Of a DNA stretch of 64,000 nucleotides, positions 47,481-57,218 are shown in pieces. This DNA comes from a virus. Each line of letters opens with the position of its first letter. Position 1 is the first letter of the stretch. The stretch spans positions 72,507-136,506 of the IMG/VR virus record IMGVR_UViG_3300021519_000916. One strand, given 5' to 3'. The notes under the pieces are model-generated. The model was not told where the DNA came from and searched no databases. It was given only the letters and a program-made list of their open reading frames with translations. The position numbers and the translations under genes are program-made.

Positions 47481-48373
47481 TCTCTAGCCATTGGCCCTTT
47501 ATTTTGAAAGTTTGATTTGTAATGGTGCTTAAAAAATCGACTTTCATCTGGATCCATGTCCACAATAGGTAATCCCAATCGTGTGCGTAATGTGTCGCCA
47601 ACATTCTTACATTGATCTGGACCATCTTGTTCAAACGATTTCCATAATAGAGCAAGAGTATCAAAGTCTTGTACTCGTTTATAATCCCAACCTTCTAACA
47701 TAATCATAAACGTACCAAGTCGTGCGCCGTATATGGCCCAGAATCCATTTGGGTTATCGGCGCCGACTGTCTGCCAAATGCATAAATTATCGTAGTTACG
47801 ATTGTTAATACGCTTTTCAAATTCTATTAAGGTTGGTTTAACTCCGCGGTCAAGACACATCTTAACTCCCTCGCGGAATCCTGCTCGCCATGCTTGGAAT
47901 GGTGTGGCGTCTGGATATGTTGTGCTATAGCAATCGGCCATAGACCAGTAGTTAGGGTAAAAACAAAACTCTACGTCGTTAGCGGCATCACCATCGGATG
48001 CTTCGTGTGTACACATATTGTTGACAAATTCTTTAGTCCAACAGCTCATACCACCGTTACCGTACATTAGTCCGTTAATAGCGTTACGAGCCCTCCAACG
48101 AAAAACGCAAGAGTTATTAGTATTGTCAAGGGCCAGTTGTAAATTGAAAAACTCAGGATCTGGAACATTGTCGCCATCAACAAGAATAAAGCGGTCTGTA
48201 TCACTAGCGTTTGCAGCCGCTTTGTGAGCGGCGTCACTTCCTTTAACTCCGTCCACTCGCTTGGCCCACGGGACCATGTTTTGGATTTTAATCCAGTTTG
48301 TTTCTTTGTTTGGTTCGTCATAAGTTAAGTATATGCAGTCTAAATCCGCAACATCAATTATTTCTGTAGGCAT
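47477..48373 (-). CDS. GT-A-fold glycosyltransferase-like protein
   Basis: YLTYDEP, RVDGVKG..AAH, LVDGDN (DxD), NGLMYGNGG, AWRAGFREG. Confidence 0.65.
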   Translation of the reverse strand: MPTEIIDVADLDCIYLTYDEPNKETNWIKIQNMVPWAKRVDGVKGSDAAHKAAANASDTDRFILVDGDNVPDPEFFNLQLALDNTNNSCVFRWRARNAINGLMYGNGGMSCWTKEFVNNMCTHEASDGDAANDVEFCFYPNYWSMADCYSTTYPDATPFQAWRAGFREGVKMCLDRGVKPTLIEFEKRINNRNYDNLCIWQTVGADNPNGFWAIYGARLGTFMIMLEGWDYKRVQDFDTLALLWKSFEQDGPDQCKNVGDTLRTRLGLPIVDMDPDESRFFKHHYKSNFQNKGPMARE

Positions 48374-48713
48374 AATGTTCAATCTCGTTATATGTTTCTG
48401 TTTCTTCTAATAGCAACCCTGCATGGTTTTTTACTACGGTGTGACCATCGGTTGCCAGTATTAATTTAGTTAGGTATCCAGCATCTATTTCAATTTTGTT
48501 AAGTTTTCCATTTACAATTTCATATTGAAAATAGTTATCGTATGTGAGTTTATCAACAATTAAATACTGCCCAGCTTCCGGGTGATTGGACATACTACAA
48601 CTAGTTATTTCGTTTAGTTCGTTGTAGTATATTCTGTATTCAAATGTTACTGGAATAATTGGCTTGGTTAGGGCATCAACTTCTGCCCAAAATTTAAGTT
48701 CTTCGGGATTCAT
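48354..48713 (-). CDS. Hypothetical protein
   Basis: Coupled ORF. Confidence 0.65.
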   Translation of the reverse strand: MNPEELKFWAEVDALTKPIIPVTFEYRIYYNELNEITSCSMSNHPEAGQYLIVDKLTYDNYFQYEIVNGKLNKIEIDAGYLTKLILATDGHTVVKNHAGLLLEETETYNEIEHYAYRNN

Positions 48714-49542
48714 AATATTCAATTAGTTCTTTGGTGGCATACGTTTTATCATAATAGTGTACAGGATCATATTGGTTTATATTATTAATTCTAATAATAT
48801 CTCCGTCTCTTTCGCTCATAACAGTTTTTAACCAACTACGTGAATCACTCCATCCTTGTATTCCAGACTTCATATGAACAAAGTTTATAAAATCTATACT
48901 GGGTGCGGTGCATGTTTCCTCACCAACTAATAATGCAGTGATAGCATACAATACATCTGTGCTCGGAGTATCTTCTCTACAATTCTTTAATGTATCTTTA
49001 ATATTGTACCAATTATTAAATACATGTTTTGCTGTGTTAAAAAAAGTAAAGGCTTCTTGACTATATCTAAAATACATTAATCCATTGTACACATCCGGCA
49101 AATTATTATCATCAAAGAATTTTCTATATTTTCGTACATCAGACAACTGTTGACGATAATTCTTTGTGCCGGTGCTTAGACAAACATTTTTTAATCTAAA
49201 CGCATTCCACCAATGATCAATACTGCGAGTAAACAACAAATCACTTTCTAACTTTATAGTTTCTTTAAAAGGTGTAAGCCAGAAAACTTGATATTCGTTA
49301 GCCAACTTCCAATTACTGGAAGACTCATTATTATCACTGGGTAAATCAATAATATAATCAAACACATTATTATGACGTTCATTTATTTTTTCCTTTGTTA
49401 CTGCATCCACTATTACTGCACACGAATTGTATTTCTGTGTGGCTTTAATATTTAGAGCCTGTAAGTATGCAAGTTCTAAATAATCAACTTCTTTGGTATT
49501 TTGTGCCAGGGTAACAAACCCTCTTTGTTCTTTATGATTCAC
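48694..49542 (-). CDS. GT-A glycosyltransferase-like (GT8/mannosyltransferase-like)
   Basis: TPFKETIKLESD, YNGLMYF, FVHMK. Confidence 0.6.
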   Translation of the reverse strand: MNHKEQRGFVTLAQNTKEVDYLELAYLQALNIKATQKYNSCAVIVDAVTKEKINERHNNVFDYIIDLPSDNNESSSNWKLANEYQVFWLTPFKETIKLESDLLFTRSIDHWWNAFRLKNVCLSTGTKNYRQQLSDVRKYRKFFDDNNLPDVYNGLMYFRYSQEAFTFFNTAKHVFNNWYNIKDTLKNCREDTPSTDVLYAITALLVGEETCTAPSIDFINFVHMKSGIQGWSDSRSWLKTVMSERDGDIIRINNINQYDPVHYYDKTYATKELIEYYESRRT

Positions 49543-50374
49543 AATGTTGATCTACTAATTGTTTGAAACTATCTGTTACTAGATAATTTTTATCCAGTAT
49601 ATGTAAATTTTGTTCCGCAACAACGGTCGTTAAGGGCCATTTATCGGTTGGCCCTTTGACATGGTTAATTTTTAAAAAGTTACCAAACGGCACAATACTT
49701 TCTATATCGTGATATACACTGAACATGCTCCACGGAATACCGTGTTCCTCGTTTAATGAATACCCACTTAACATATTATTGGCAATCGTAAAAGCAAAAT
49801 CGTTTCTAAAATTCCCCTTACTAATATTATACAATGACCTATAATAATTATAATTCCGTTGTACTCTACCCACCAAGTCAAATAACATTTTTGCACGTTC
49901 TGTTTTTCTAAACAACACAACTGTGGCCCAAATAAATGGCAATCCAGTTTCGCCCATTACATCTGTACTGAGACCATTATTTGTTGTGTTGTTGTGCATT
50001 AGTTTATAATCAAAGTCTGTTGAAAATAACTTTAATAAACTATCATCAAACACAAGATAATCAGTATCTAATAAAATTGTTTCATCGTACGGACTAAGTT
50101 CATATGCTAGATATCTACCAAAGTTTCGCCACGGTACCTGTACATAGCCAATGGTAATACGTGTATTGGCTGTTTTATCTGCTGTAATTCTAATTACTTG
50201 ATCATAGTTAAATGTAGGCGTTGCATCTAAATCAGTAATCAATGTAATTGGTAATTTTAAATTTTGTGCAATTAGCCTACTGGAGTAATCTGCTATACCA
50301 ACATAATCAACGCTGGTATTAAACGCAAATACAACTACACCTCTAGACTTTGCGGATTTTTTTAAGTTCGGCAT
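49532..50374 (-). CDS. GT-A glycosyltransferase-like (GT8/mannosyltransferase-like)
   Basis: AYELSPYDETILLDTD (DxD), WATVVLF, FRND. Confidence 0.65.
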   Translation of the reverse strand: MPNLKKSAKSRGVVVFAFNTSVDYVGIADYSSRLIAQNLKLPITLITDLDATPTFNYDQVIRITADKTANTRITIGYVQVPWRNFGRYLAYELSPYDETILLDTDYLVFDDSLLKLFSTDFDYKLMHNNTTNNGLSTDVMGETGLPFIWATVVLFRKTERAKMLFDLVGRVQRNYNYYRSLYNISKGNFRNDFAFTIANNMLSGYSLNEEHGIPWSMFSVYHDIESIVPFGNFLKINHVKGPTDKWPLTTVVAEQNLHILDKNYLVTDSFKQLVDQHCES

Positions 50375-50657
50375 GTTGTTGGTGCCAGGTATTCATCACC
50401 TGTTGATAATGTTGTTGTGCTTGAATTAAAAATACTTGTGCATCAACTTGAATAGGATTTTGATATGTGTCTTCTAAGTATAAATCGCTAATTGGCCAAG
50501 TTGAAACAAATGCTAGTAGCTCCGGAGTTATTTTAAATAGTCCGCCATTGTGTGCAAAATGCAAATCCGTTTGGATTTTTTCTCTCAAGATACGTTTGTT
50601 TGCTTGATAGTCAGTGGCGCGACGAATTTCGGTTGTAAGAGTTTCTATTTCGGTCAT
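50343..50657 (-). CDS. Conserved hypothetical phage protein, first gene of GT operon
   Basis: NGGLFKIT.EL...D...NPI. Confidence 0.7.
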   Translation of the reverse strand: MTEIETLTTEIRRATDYQANKRILREKIQTDLHFAHNGGLFKITPELLAFVSTWPISDLYLEDTYQNPIQVDAQVFLIQAQQHYQQVMNTWHQQHAELKKIRKV

Positions 50658-50687
50658 GTGATAGTAAAAGAAAAGGTGTAGATAGTT

Positions 50688-50716
50688 AGTATACTATCAT
50701 ACACCCCGGATGTCAA
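50688..50716 (-). promoter_or_regulatory. sigma70-type promoter heading the GT/radical SAM operon
   Basis: TTGACA-N17-TATACT on the minus strand. Confidence 0.7.
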
Positions 50717-50729
50717 CCAGCTATTGCTA

Positions 50730-51638
50730 TTAGCTAATAGTCGGAGTTCCCCAAGTATTACTTAGGTTTGTTGATTCTGGAGGAATGATGTCAATTCGAT
50801 GATTCCACGTCACGTTAATGGCTTTGTTACCAAAATCTGATTGTAGCGCACCAGAGTATACAACAAAATCAAGATATATAACACCACCTGGGTTTGCGTC
50901 TGATCGTAGATTACAATATACATAGTCACCACTATATGGATAACCTGTGCTGGTAACTTGTACTGCTGTTTGCCCACTTGTAGTTAGATTGTAATAGCCA
51001 AGTGCTGTATTGTTAGTATTTAATGTGCCAAGCGTTCCTGACCGACCATCGTTGGCATTATGGCGTAGGCCCGTTAAATTAGCAAAGTTTGTACCAATTA
51101 CTGTCACCCAGTCTGCTGAACGGCCTTGGCCGTTATTATTTGCAACACTGGTTGTGATAAAATTTAAATATCCACCTGCATTAAAAAAATACCTAGCAGC
51201 ATTTGCACTACCAAACGTAATAGTTCTAGTAAAAGACCAAGTTTGAGCGGCCGCTGTTGAGACCGATGTAAAATTTGGACTGTATGTGCCGCCAGTGATC
51301 GTTGTTCCTTGTCCCGCGGCTTTGTTAAGTCTATTGGTATATGCTGTATTAACTGCTGTAGCTAAAGTTGCCAAGTAGTTAATAGTCGACCCTGCTGTTG
51401 TTGCGCTAATGCCCGATCCAGCACCAGATTGGTGTACTAAAATACTGTTTAATGTATTAATTAATGTAGCCCATTGCGTAGCCGTTACCGTTCCGCCAGC
51501 AGAAACCGTACTTAATGCAGTCTGGCCATACCCAGCATTGCCTGTTCCAGATGCCCAAACGGTATTCAGTTGGTTTGATCCGTTTAGAAAATTGTTATAG
51601 TCAGTGGCTTCAATTAAGCCAGCCGATGAATATGCCAT
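50730..51638 (-). CDS. Virion structural protein (tail/baseplate-associated)
   Basis: I.ATDYN...GYGQ...VTATQW, ARYFFNAGG; S/T/G-rich; ATAAGTA late-like motif at 51668-51674. Confidence 0.6.
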   Translation of the reverse strand: MAYSSAGLIEATDYNNFLNGSNQLNTVWASGTGNAGYGQTALSTVSAGGTVTATQWATLINTLNSILVHQSGAGSGISATTAGSTINYLATLATAVNTAYTNRLNKAAGQGTTITGGTYSPNFTSVSTAAAQTWSFTRTITFGSANAARYFFNAGGYLNFITTSVANNNGQGRSADWVTVIGTNFANLTGLRHNANDGRSGTLGTLNTNNTALGYYNLTTSGQTAVQVTSTGYPYSGDYVYCNLRSDANPGGVIYLDFVVYSGALQSDFGNKAINVTWNHRIDIIPPESTNLSNTWGTPTIS

Positions 51639-51670
51639 GTTCGTATCCTGTTAATAAGTGTTACTATTAC

Positions 51671-53701
51671 TTATGACGTTAATTTACTCTTAATGTCATT
51701 TAATTCCATTCGTAATTCTTTGATAGCTTCGACGATCAACGGAGCAAAACGCTCATACTGTACAGTCAAGTACCGATCGTCAATTGGAGCTGGTTTAACA
51801 ATCTCAGGTGCTACTAATTGTGTGCTTTGGGCGCTGATACCCATTTCACGTTGAACAGTATAGCCCAAATCTTGTGCAGTTTGATTAGCTTCGTAGTAAA
51901 AACCTTCTAAACTACATATTTTGTCCAGTGCATTTTCAATTTTACCCAAACGAGTTTTTAGTCTATCATCTGAGTAGTACGCTGTAATATTGTTTGTGGC
52001 ACGTATTTCGCCGGCGGTACCCGAAGCAGCCGTACCAACACCAAGACTTGATAATTGTGTACTTGCAAACTGCACAGCGGAACTTGTGCTGACTGCTTGC
52101 CCAATGCTAAAAGTTACTGCACCTGTTGCGCCTGACACGCTAACACCAGTACCAGCTACAGCACTTGATACAAAATTACCGCTTGCATTATAACTACCAC
52201 CCAACGATACTGCTGTACCATTAATGGTGATACTGCTATTTGTTAAGGCGCTGTTTGGAATGCTACTAAAATTAGTTCCGGCAAATGTTGGGCTTGCACC
52301 GCTCGCAACACTTTGGTTAAATGTTAAACCACCATTGATTGTAACGTTGCCGCTACCCGGTAAAAGTATAAAATTAGATGCATTATTTACACCAGTACCA
52401 CCAAATGATGGTTGAACGGCATTGCCTCTCCATGTTCCACTACTAATTAGGCCAACACTGGTTAAACTAGACGCTGTTGTTAAGTTTGGCTGAGATGCTG
52501 TGCTTAGTGTACCAGTTAGTGTAGCACCTGTATTACCAATTGTGCCAGCTTGTACTGTACTTGCAATTACTCCCTGCGTTGCATTTACTGTTGTTGCTAT
52601 TGATGTTACTACATTTGACGTAGTAGCGGTTAAGGTTGAAAATGCACCAGTACTTGGCCCAATGTTACCAATTGGTGTGTAATTAATTGAGCTAAAACTT
52701 GCGCTACCACCAAGTGTAGCAATTGTGGATCCGTTATACGAAGCATATCCGGTTAATGATGTATTACCGTTTGTACTTAAATTGTAAACATTACCTAGTG
52801 TAGTGATGTTTGGCTGTGACGCTGTTAATATTGTACCACTAAAGCCGGCTTGTGCAGTAATACCACCTGTAGAGGTCATTGCTGCAGCCACTAACGTTGA
52901 TGTGTTTATAGTTGTTGCTACCACGTTGCCGGCCACGGAGCCACTCAATGCGCCGTTTATAAATGGTGCATTAATTGTACCAGCAGTAAGTAATGTTGCG
53001 TTGAGTGTTGTTGCGTTAATAGCCCCAGAAGGATCACGTTGTACCAATGTGCTGGCAGTTGCATTAATATCTTGTGTGCTTATGCCCCAGGCCGGAGATT
53101 CAATTGTACTAAAATTTAAACCTGCCTTAATTGTACTGAAACCCGGTAAATTACATGAAAAAGTATCCTTACTAAGGATAGCATATATTTTACCACTAAA
53201 TCTAAATTGTATAACAATGTGGCTGGCATTAATTTCACTAGACGAACTATCTGCCATCAGGGCCGGAACAGCGCCGGTGTCACCTGTTGCTGGAGTCGCA
53301 ACTGGACCAACTGTAATCCACTGACTGCCGGAGTAAACTTTAAGTTGCGTGTTAGATGTATCAAACCAAAGGTCGCCACCAATTGTACTTAGGTCGCCCG
53401 GAGGAGAGCTAAATGGTGCGCTGGTTGCGCCAGTTGAAATTTTCCAACTTGTACCCGAATATACTTTTAATATATTGTTTATGGTATCCCACCATAATTG
53501 TCCCTTTAGGGGATTTGCTGGACCCGAAGTGTTAGCAAAATTCTCCAACATTTTAACAAAGTTTTCAGCAATAAATTGGCCATACCCAGCATAATTTTTA
53601 CCAACTAGTACTATACTGGTATGAGAGGTATCAACTTTCCCATCCGACAGCCCGCCTGGTATTAATGTGCTTCCGTTAGTTAAGTTAATTGTATAAGACA
53701 T
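51671..53701 (-). CDS. Tail fibre with C-terminal intramolecular chaperone (peptidase S74-like)
   Basis: Shared N-terminal GKNYAGYG..ENF..LENFA..GQLW; YYSDDRLK...GISAQ...LIVEAIKEL. Confidence 0.85.
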   Translation of the reverse strand: MSYTINLTNGSTLIPGGLSDGKVDTSHTSIVLVGKNYAGYGQFIAENFVKMLENFANTSGPANPLKGQLWWDTINNILKVYSGTSWKISTGATSAPFSSPPGDLSTIGGDLWFDTSNTQLKVYSGSQWITVGPVATPATGDTGAVPALMADSSSSEINASHIVIQFRFSGKIYAILSKDTFSCNLPGFSTIKAGLNFSTIESPAWGISTQDINATASTLVQRDPSGAINATTLNATLLTAGTINAPFINGALSGSVAGNVVATTINTSTLVAAAMTSTGGITAQAGFSGTILTASQPNITTLGNVYNLSTNGNTSLTGYASYNGSTIATLGGSASFSSINYTPIGNIGPSTGAFSTLTATTSNVVTSIATTVNATQGVIASTVQAGTIGNTGATLTGTLSTASQPNLTTASSLTSVGLISSGTWRGNAVQPSFGGTGVNNASNFILLPGSGNVTINGGLTFNQSVASGASPTFAGTNFSSIPNSALTNSSITINGTAVSLGGSYNASGNFVSSAVAGTGVSVSGATGAVTFSIGQAVSTSSAVQFASTQLSSLGVGTAASGTAGEIRATNNITAYYSDDRLKTRLGKIENALDKICSLEGFYYEANQTAQDLGYTVQREMGISAQSTQLVAPEIVKPAPIDDRYLTVQYERFAPLIVEAIKELRMELNDIKSKLTS

Positions 53702-53707
53702 ATTTTA

Positions 53708-53714
53708 TATTTAT
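53708..53714 (-). promoter_or_regulatory. T4-like late promoter candidate (ATAAATA), 6 nt before ATG
   Basis: Motif in a 20-nt intergenic gap. Confidence 0.5.
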
Positions 53715-53721
53715 TTTTAAG

Positions 53722-55653
53722 TTAAGCTATCTTTTGTATGTAGCATAATGCATAGTATGGTGGGCGATTTTCGTGCGGCTGATCATCACCAGTTGAATTT
53801 GATACATCCGAAATACTTATAGTGTGACGGTGATCACTTACGCCATCCATTGATACCCCAGTGCCAATGTTACCTGTTGTAAATGTAGTGCCTGATCCAT
53901 TTGCTACGTTACCTGTTGATTGTCTAAACAGTCCCGGTATTGTTGTGTCGATTACTTGTCCAGTAGTGTGTTTGTGTCCCGGGTCGCGCAATACGTGATT
54001 GTGTGAGCCTGCTAGTGCTGTATTACCTGTGATTGTAAAGGTATGTGCGTGTGATGGTATTTGTGTTGAGTTCAATGTTACTGTATTTAAACCACCAGTT
54101 GAACCCACTGGGTATGCAGCACCTGCGCCAACAATAAATAAATCTCGTAAATCTGGTACACCGCTCTCACCATTACATAATTGCCAGCCCGCTGGAATAT
54201 TAACAGTTAATCCGCCCCACATTACAATCATGCCTGTTGGCATAACTGAATGCACAAATGCTGTTGTTGCCAGGGTAGTATTTCTAGTAGTCACTGCTTG
54301 TGTTGTTGCTGTAGCCGATGTTAATGTTACTGCGTTTGCTGTAACATTACTCATTGTAACATTGTTGATATTTGCACTGGTAATTAATGCATTACCTGTT
54401 GAAAAGTTTGTACCAAATAAGTTAACAAATGTACCAATAGCATTAGTAGTAGAACCACTGGAAATAACCAAATTGGCCACGCTTAAATTAGTAAAGCTAC
54501 CTGTAGTGGCTTGGAATGTTGTTATACCTGTTATGTTGCCGCCGGTTATTCTAGCATTGCTAGAAACTATATTACCGGTAGTTATAATATTAGATGATAT
54601 AATTCCTATATTTGACGTAACTGCTGTTAAATTTGCTATTCCGATCATTGCTCCGCCGGTTATTTGTGCATTGGCTGTTACCAATGTACCAGCAGATGTA
54701 AATACTGTGTTTAAGTTTGTAATGCCAGTTATTGTTCCGCCAGTTATTGTAGCATTACCGGAATATAAATTTGTAACAGTAGATGTATCGGCTGTTAAAT
54801 TTGATACACCAGTTATTGTTCCGCCAGTTATTGTAGCATTGCCGGAATATAAATTTGTAATAGACGCAGCTGTTGCTGATAAACTTGTTGTTGTTACTAC
54901 CCCGGTTATTGTACCCGCTGTCACTGTAGTTGCTGTAACATTTCCAGTTACGTTACCTATTAATGTGCCACGTAATGTAGTGGCAACAACGTTTCCGGTT
55001 ACATCACCAGTAAGGCGCCCTGTTACATCACCGACAATGTTTGTGTTTAACAACGAGTTACTAATAGAATTGTTTAATGTAATTCCAGAATTAATTGTCG
55101 GGAATCCAGAAATTGGTGTTGCTGGTTGAAATGCTGTGTCATTATTAAATGTTGCTAAAATAATGTTTCCAAATTGGAGTTGGATTATGTCGTGTGTTAT
55201 ACTACTAGTAACACCATCAGTTACTGTTACTGGAATGGCACCACTAATGCCTTGTTGTTTTGTGTATCCGGGGCCAATTAATTTATATGCTCCGTTGTCA
55301 AATAAGAAAGTTTGATTCGTCCCTGTATTAAACCAAATATCACCTGTTTTTGATTGTACTGGTTGTGTTCCAGAATTTGTAACTCCAGCTACTGGTAAGT
55401 ATCCCTGATTTGTGTACACGTTTAACGTTTGTGTACTCTTGTTAAACCAAAGTTGTCCCTGTAAACTGGTACCAAGTGGTGTTGAATTTGATGCAAAATT
55501 TTCCAGTAGAAATACCAAATTCTGATTGAGAATTCTTCCATACCCCACATAATTTGGGCCCGGAAGGCTTAAACCGGTGTGCGTAGAATCTAGATAGCCA
55601 TCAGCAATAGTAGTTAATGTTGATCCGTCACTTTTTGTAATTGTATACGCCAT
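53722..55653 (-). CDS. Tail fibre with tail-collar domain and His-containing tip
   Basis: Shared N-terminus; PTGMIVMW..PAGWQLCNG..PDLRDLFIVGAG; HxH repeats; PPYYALCYI. Confidence 0.85.
   Translation of the reverse strand: MAYTITKSDGSTLTTIADGYLDSTHTGLSLPGPNYVGYGRILNQNLVFLLENFASNSTPLGTSLQGQLWFNKSTQTLNVYTNQGYLPVAGVTNSGTQPVQSKTGDIWFNTGTNQTFLFDNGAYKLIGPGYTKQQGISGAIPVTVTDGVTSSITHDIIQLQFGNIILATFNNDTAFQPATPISGFPTINSGITLNNSISNSLLNTNIVGDVTGRLTGDVTGNVVATTLRGTLIGNVTGNVTATTVTAGTITGVVTTTSLSATAASITNLYSGNATITGGTITGVSNLTADTSTVTNLYSGNATITGGTITGITNLNTVFTSAGTLVTANAQITGGAMIGIANLTAVTSNIGIISSNIITTGNIVSSNARITGGNITGITTFQATTGSFTNLSVANLVISSGSTTNAIGTFVNLFGTNFSTGNALITSANINNVTMSNVTANAVTLTSATATTQAVTTRNTTLATTAFVHSVMPTGMIVMWGGLTVNIPAGWQLCNGESGVPDLRDLFIVGAGAAYPVGSTGGLNTVTLNSTQIPSHAHTFTITGNTALAGSHNHVLRDPGHKHTTGQVIDTTIPGLFRQSTGNVANGSGTTFTTGNIGTGVSMDGVSDHRHTISISDVSNSTGDDQPHENRPPYYALCYIQKIA
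54725..54860. repeat. Intragenic 52-bp direct repeat, 84-bp period (TNLYSGNATITGGTITG)
   Basis: 54725-54776 vs 54809-54860, one mismatch. Confidence 0.85.
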
Positions 55654-55695
55654 ATTTTATTCTCTTTATACTATACTTAGCTAAAACTGTTCATT

Positions 55696-56427
55696 TTAAA
55701 CATCCGACTGTTTTTTTCTTTTGTACAAACTTACCCAACATTTTGTAGCGTAGCTTTTTGATACTACTGCTCCAACTAGCATAAATCCAGAAATCCAAAT
55801 AATAGTACTTGGCAGTGAAATTAATGCAAATTTCTTCCCCCGTACTAGTTTGGTACCGTTATTGAATGCCCAAGTAATGTACTTTGACCACAGTGAATCA
55901 TTGCGTTTCATGTTTGGAACAACAATTTTAGATCCCAACACTTGATAACCACGTCTAAATGTTTCGCCCCACCAAGTATTATGTAGATATTTTTCACACC
56001 AATCAATTAAATCAAACTTGTCTTTTTGTGACCATATTTGTTTTTCAGCCAACGCAGACGAAATAACACAACAGCCACCGCTGTCGGTGCCCGGAGTTGT
56101 AACTGTTCCGCCACCGCCCTCGGTGCTTGTACTGCCGCCGGCGCCGCCCGATGGGTACGCTACCATTGGCGGAACTACAGGATATCCCCATGCAATTTCT
56201 ACCGCTCCATCTGCTCCACCACCACCACTGGAATATGTTCCGCCAGGCGCACTACCGCCGCCGCCACCTGAGCCGGCGCCGGCTCCAGCTGTTCCATTTG
56301 GGGCATCTAAACTTGAGCTGCCGCCAACACCAAACGCAGAATCTCCGCCAGCACCCCCTACGTCAGCTGGATTAGCATCTTGTCCCGGTAATCCTCCCGG
56401 TAATCCTCCTAGGCCACCTATTGCCAT
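55696..56427 (-). CDS. Gly-rich adhesin C-half fused to CFI-box-CTERM-like domain
   Basis: GGGGADGAVEIAW end of Gly-rich domain; GGCCVISSAL...; TM helix plus KRKK; own SD AAGGA. Confidence 0.65.
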   Translation of the reverse strand: MAIGGLGGLPGGLPGQDANPADVGGAGGDSAFGVGGSSSLDAPNGTAGAGAGSGGGGGSAPGGTYSSGGGGADGAVEIAWGYPVVPPMVAYPSGGAGGSTSTEGGGGTVTTPGTDSGGCCVISSALAEKQIWSQKDKFDLIDWCEKYLHNTWWGETFRRGYQVLGSKIVVPNMKRNDSLWSKYITWAFNNGTKLVRGKKFALISLPSTIIWISGFMLVGAVVSKSYATKCWVSLYKRKKQSDV

Positions 56428-57218
56428 TGTTAGTCCTTAAACTATATCTGTAGCTTCTAATGCAATTAGCATGGCATAAATTTTGCCTATTGCCATTGAA
56501 TTATCGTTTGTTTTTAATCCACGAACAATATCTGCCACATATTGGGAATAAAAAGACTCCCAGTATGGAATTTCGTTACCGTGTATAGCTTTAATTTTAT
56601 GTACCAATCGTTCAGATCGAATGTAATAATCAACTACTTGTTCTTCAGTTAAACTAGACCGTAAATTTTGTAACAGCAAAACATCCGCATCATCAAAAGG
56701 GTTGTTGTTAAACTCTATTGCATTATAGATTAAACAAGTATCAAGACGGCTTAGTAAAGTAGTGACACAATGTTCTTCATCGTCCCCTTCTTTACAGACA
56801 TCGCAAGATTCTCTGTTTTTTAAATATTCGTCAATGGTTATTCCCATTATTTTTTTCTCCTGTATAAGTTTATCCAACACTTAGTGGCGTAGTCTTTAGT
56901 GACAACTGCACCAACTAGCATAAATCCAGAAATCCAAATAATAGTGCTTGGTAATGATAACCAAGCAAACTTTTTGCCCCTGACTAAATTAGTGCCGTTA
57001 TTGAATGCCCAAGTAATGTACTTTGACCACAGTGAATCATTGCGTTTCATGTGTGGGACAACTAATTTTGATCCCAACACCTGGTAGCCGCGTCTAAACA
57101 TTTCTCCCCACCAAGTATTATGTAAATATTTTTCACACCAATCAATTAAATCAAACTTGTCTTTTTGTGACCATATTTGTTTTTCAGCCAACGCAGACGA
57201 AATAACACAACAGCCACC
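55722..57218. repeat. Dispersed direct repeat (~360 bp; ~55722-56079 and ~56861-57218, offset 1139)
   Basis: Includes a 93-nt identical block, 55987-56079 = 57126-57218. Confidence 0.9.
56437..56847 (-). CDS. Stand-alone CFI-box-CTERM-like protein
   Basis: CLIYNA...DD..LLQNLR...VDYY..S..LV..I...Y..Y...A...Y.M pattern; TAATG coupling. Confidence 0.5.
   Translation of the reverse strand: MGITIDEYLKNRESCDVCKEGDDEEHCVTTLLSRLDTCLIYNAIEFNNNPFDDADVLLLQNLRSSLTEEQVVDYYIRSERLVHKIKAIHGNEIPYWESFYSQYVADIVRGLKTNDNSMAIGKIYAMLIALEATDIV

Noticed and set aside
53999-55129. 376-aa plus-strand ORF (also 52803-53324, 56018-56440, 57177-57656, 23954-24616, 12902-13444)
   Set aside because: Antisense shadows of biased-codon genes; no SD or recognisable motifs
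55722-57218. Diversity-generating retroelement template/variable repeat pair
   Set aside because: Mismatches are mostly synonymous and not adenine-specific, both copies are coding, and no reverse transcriptase is present in the window
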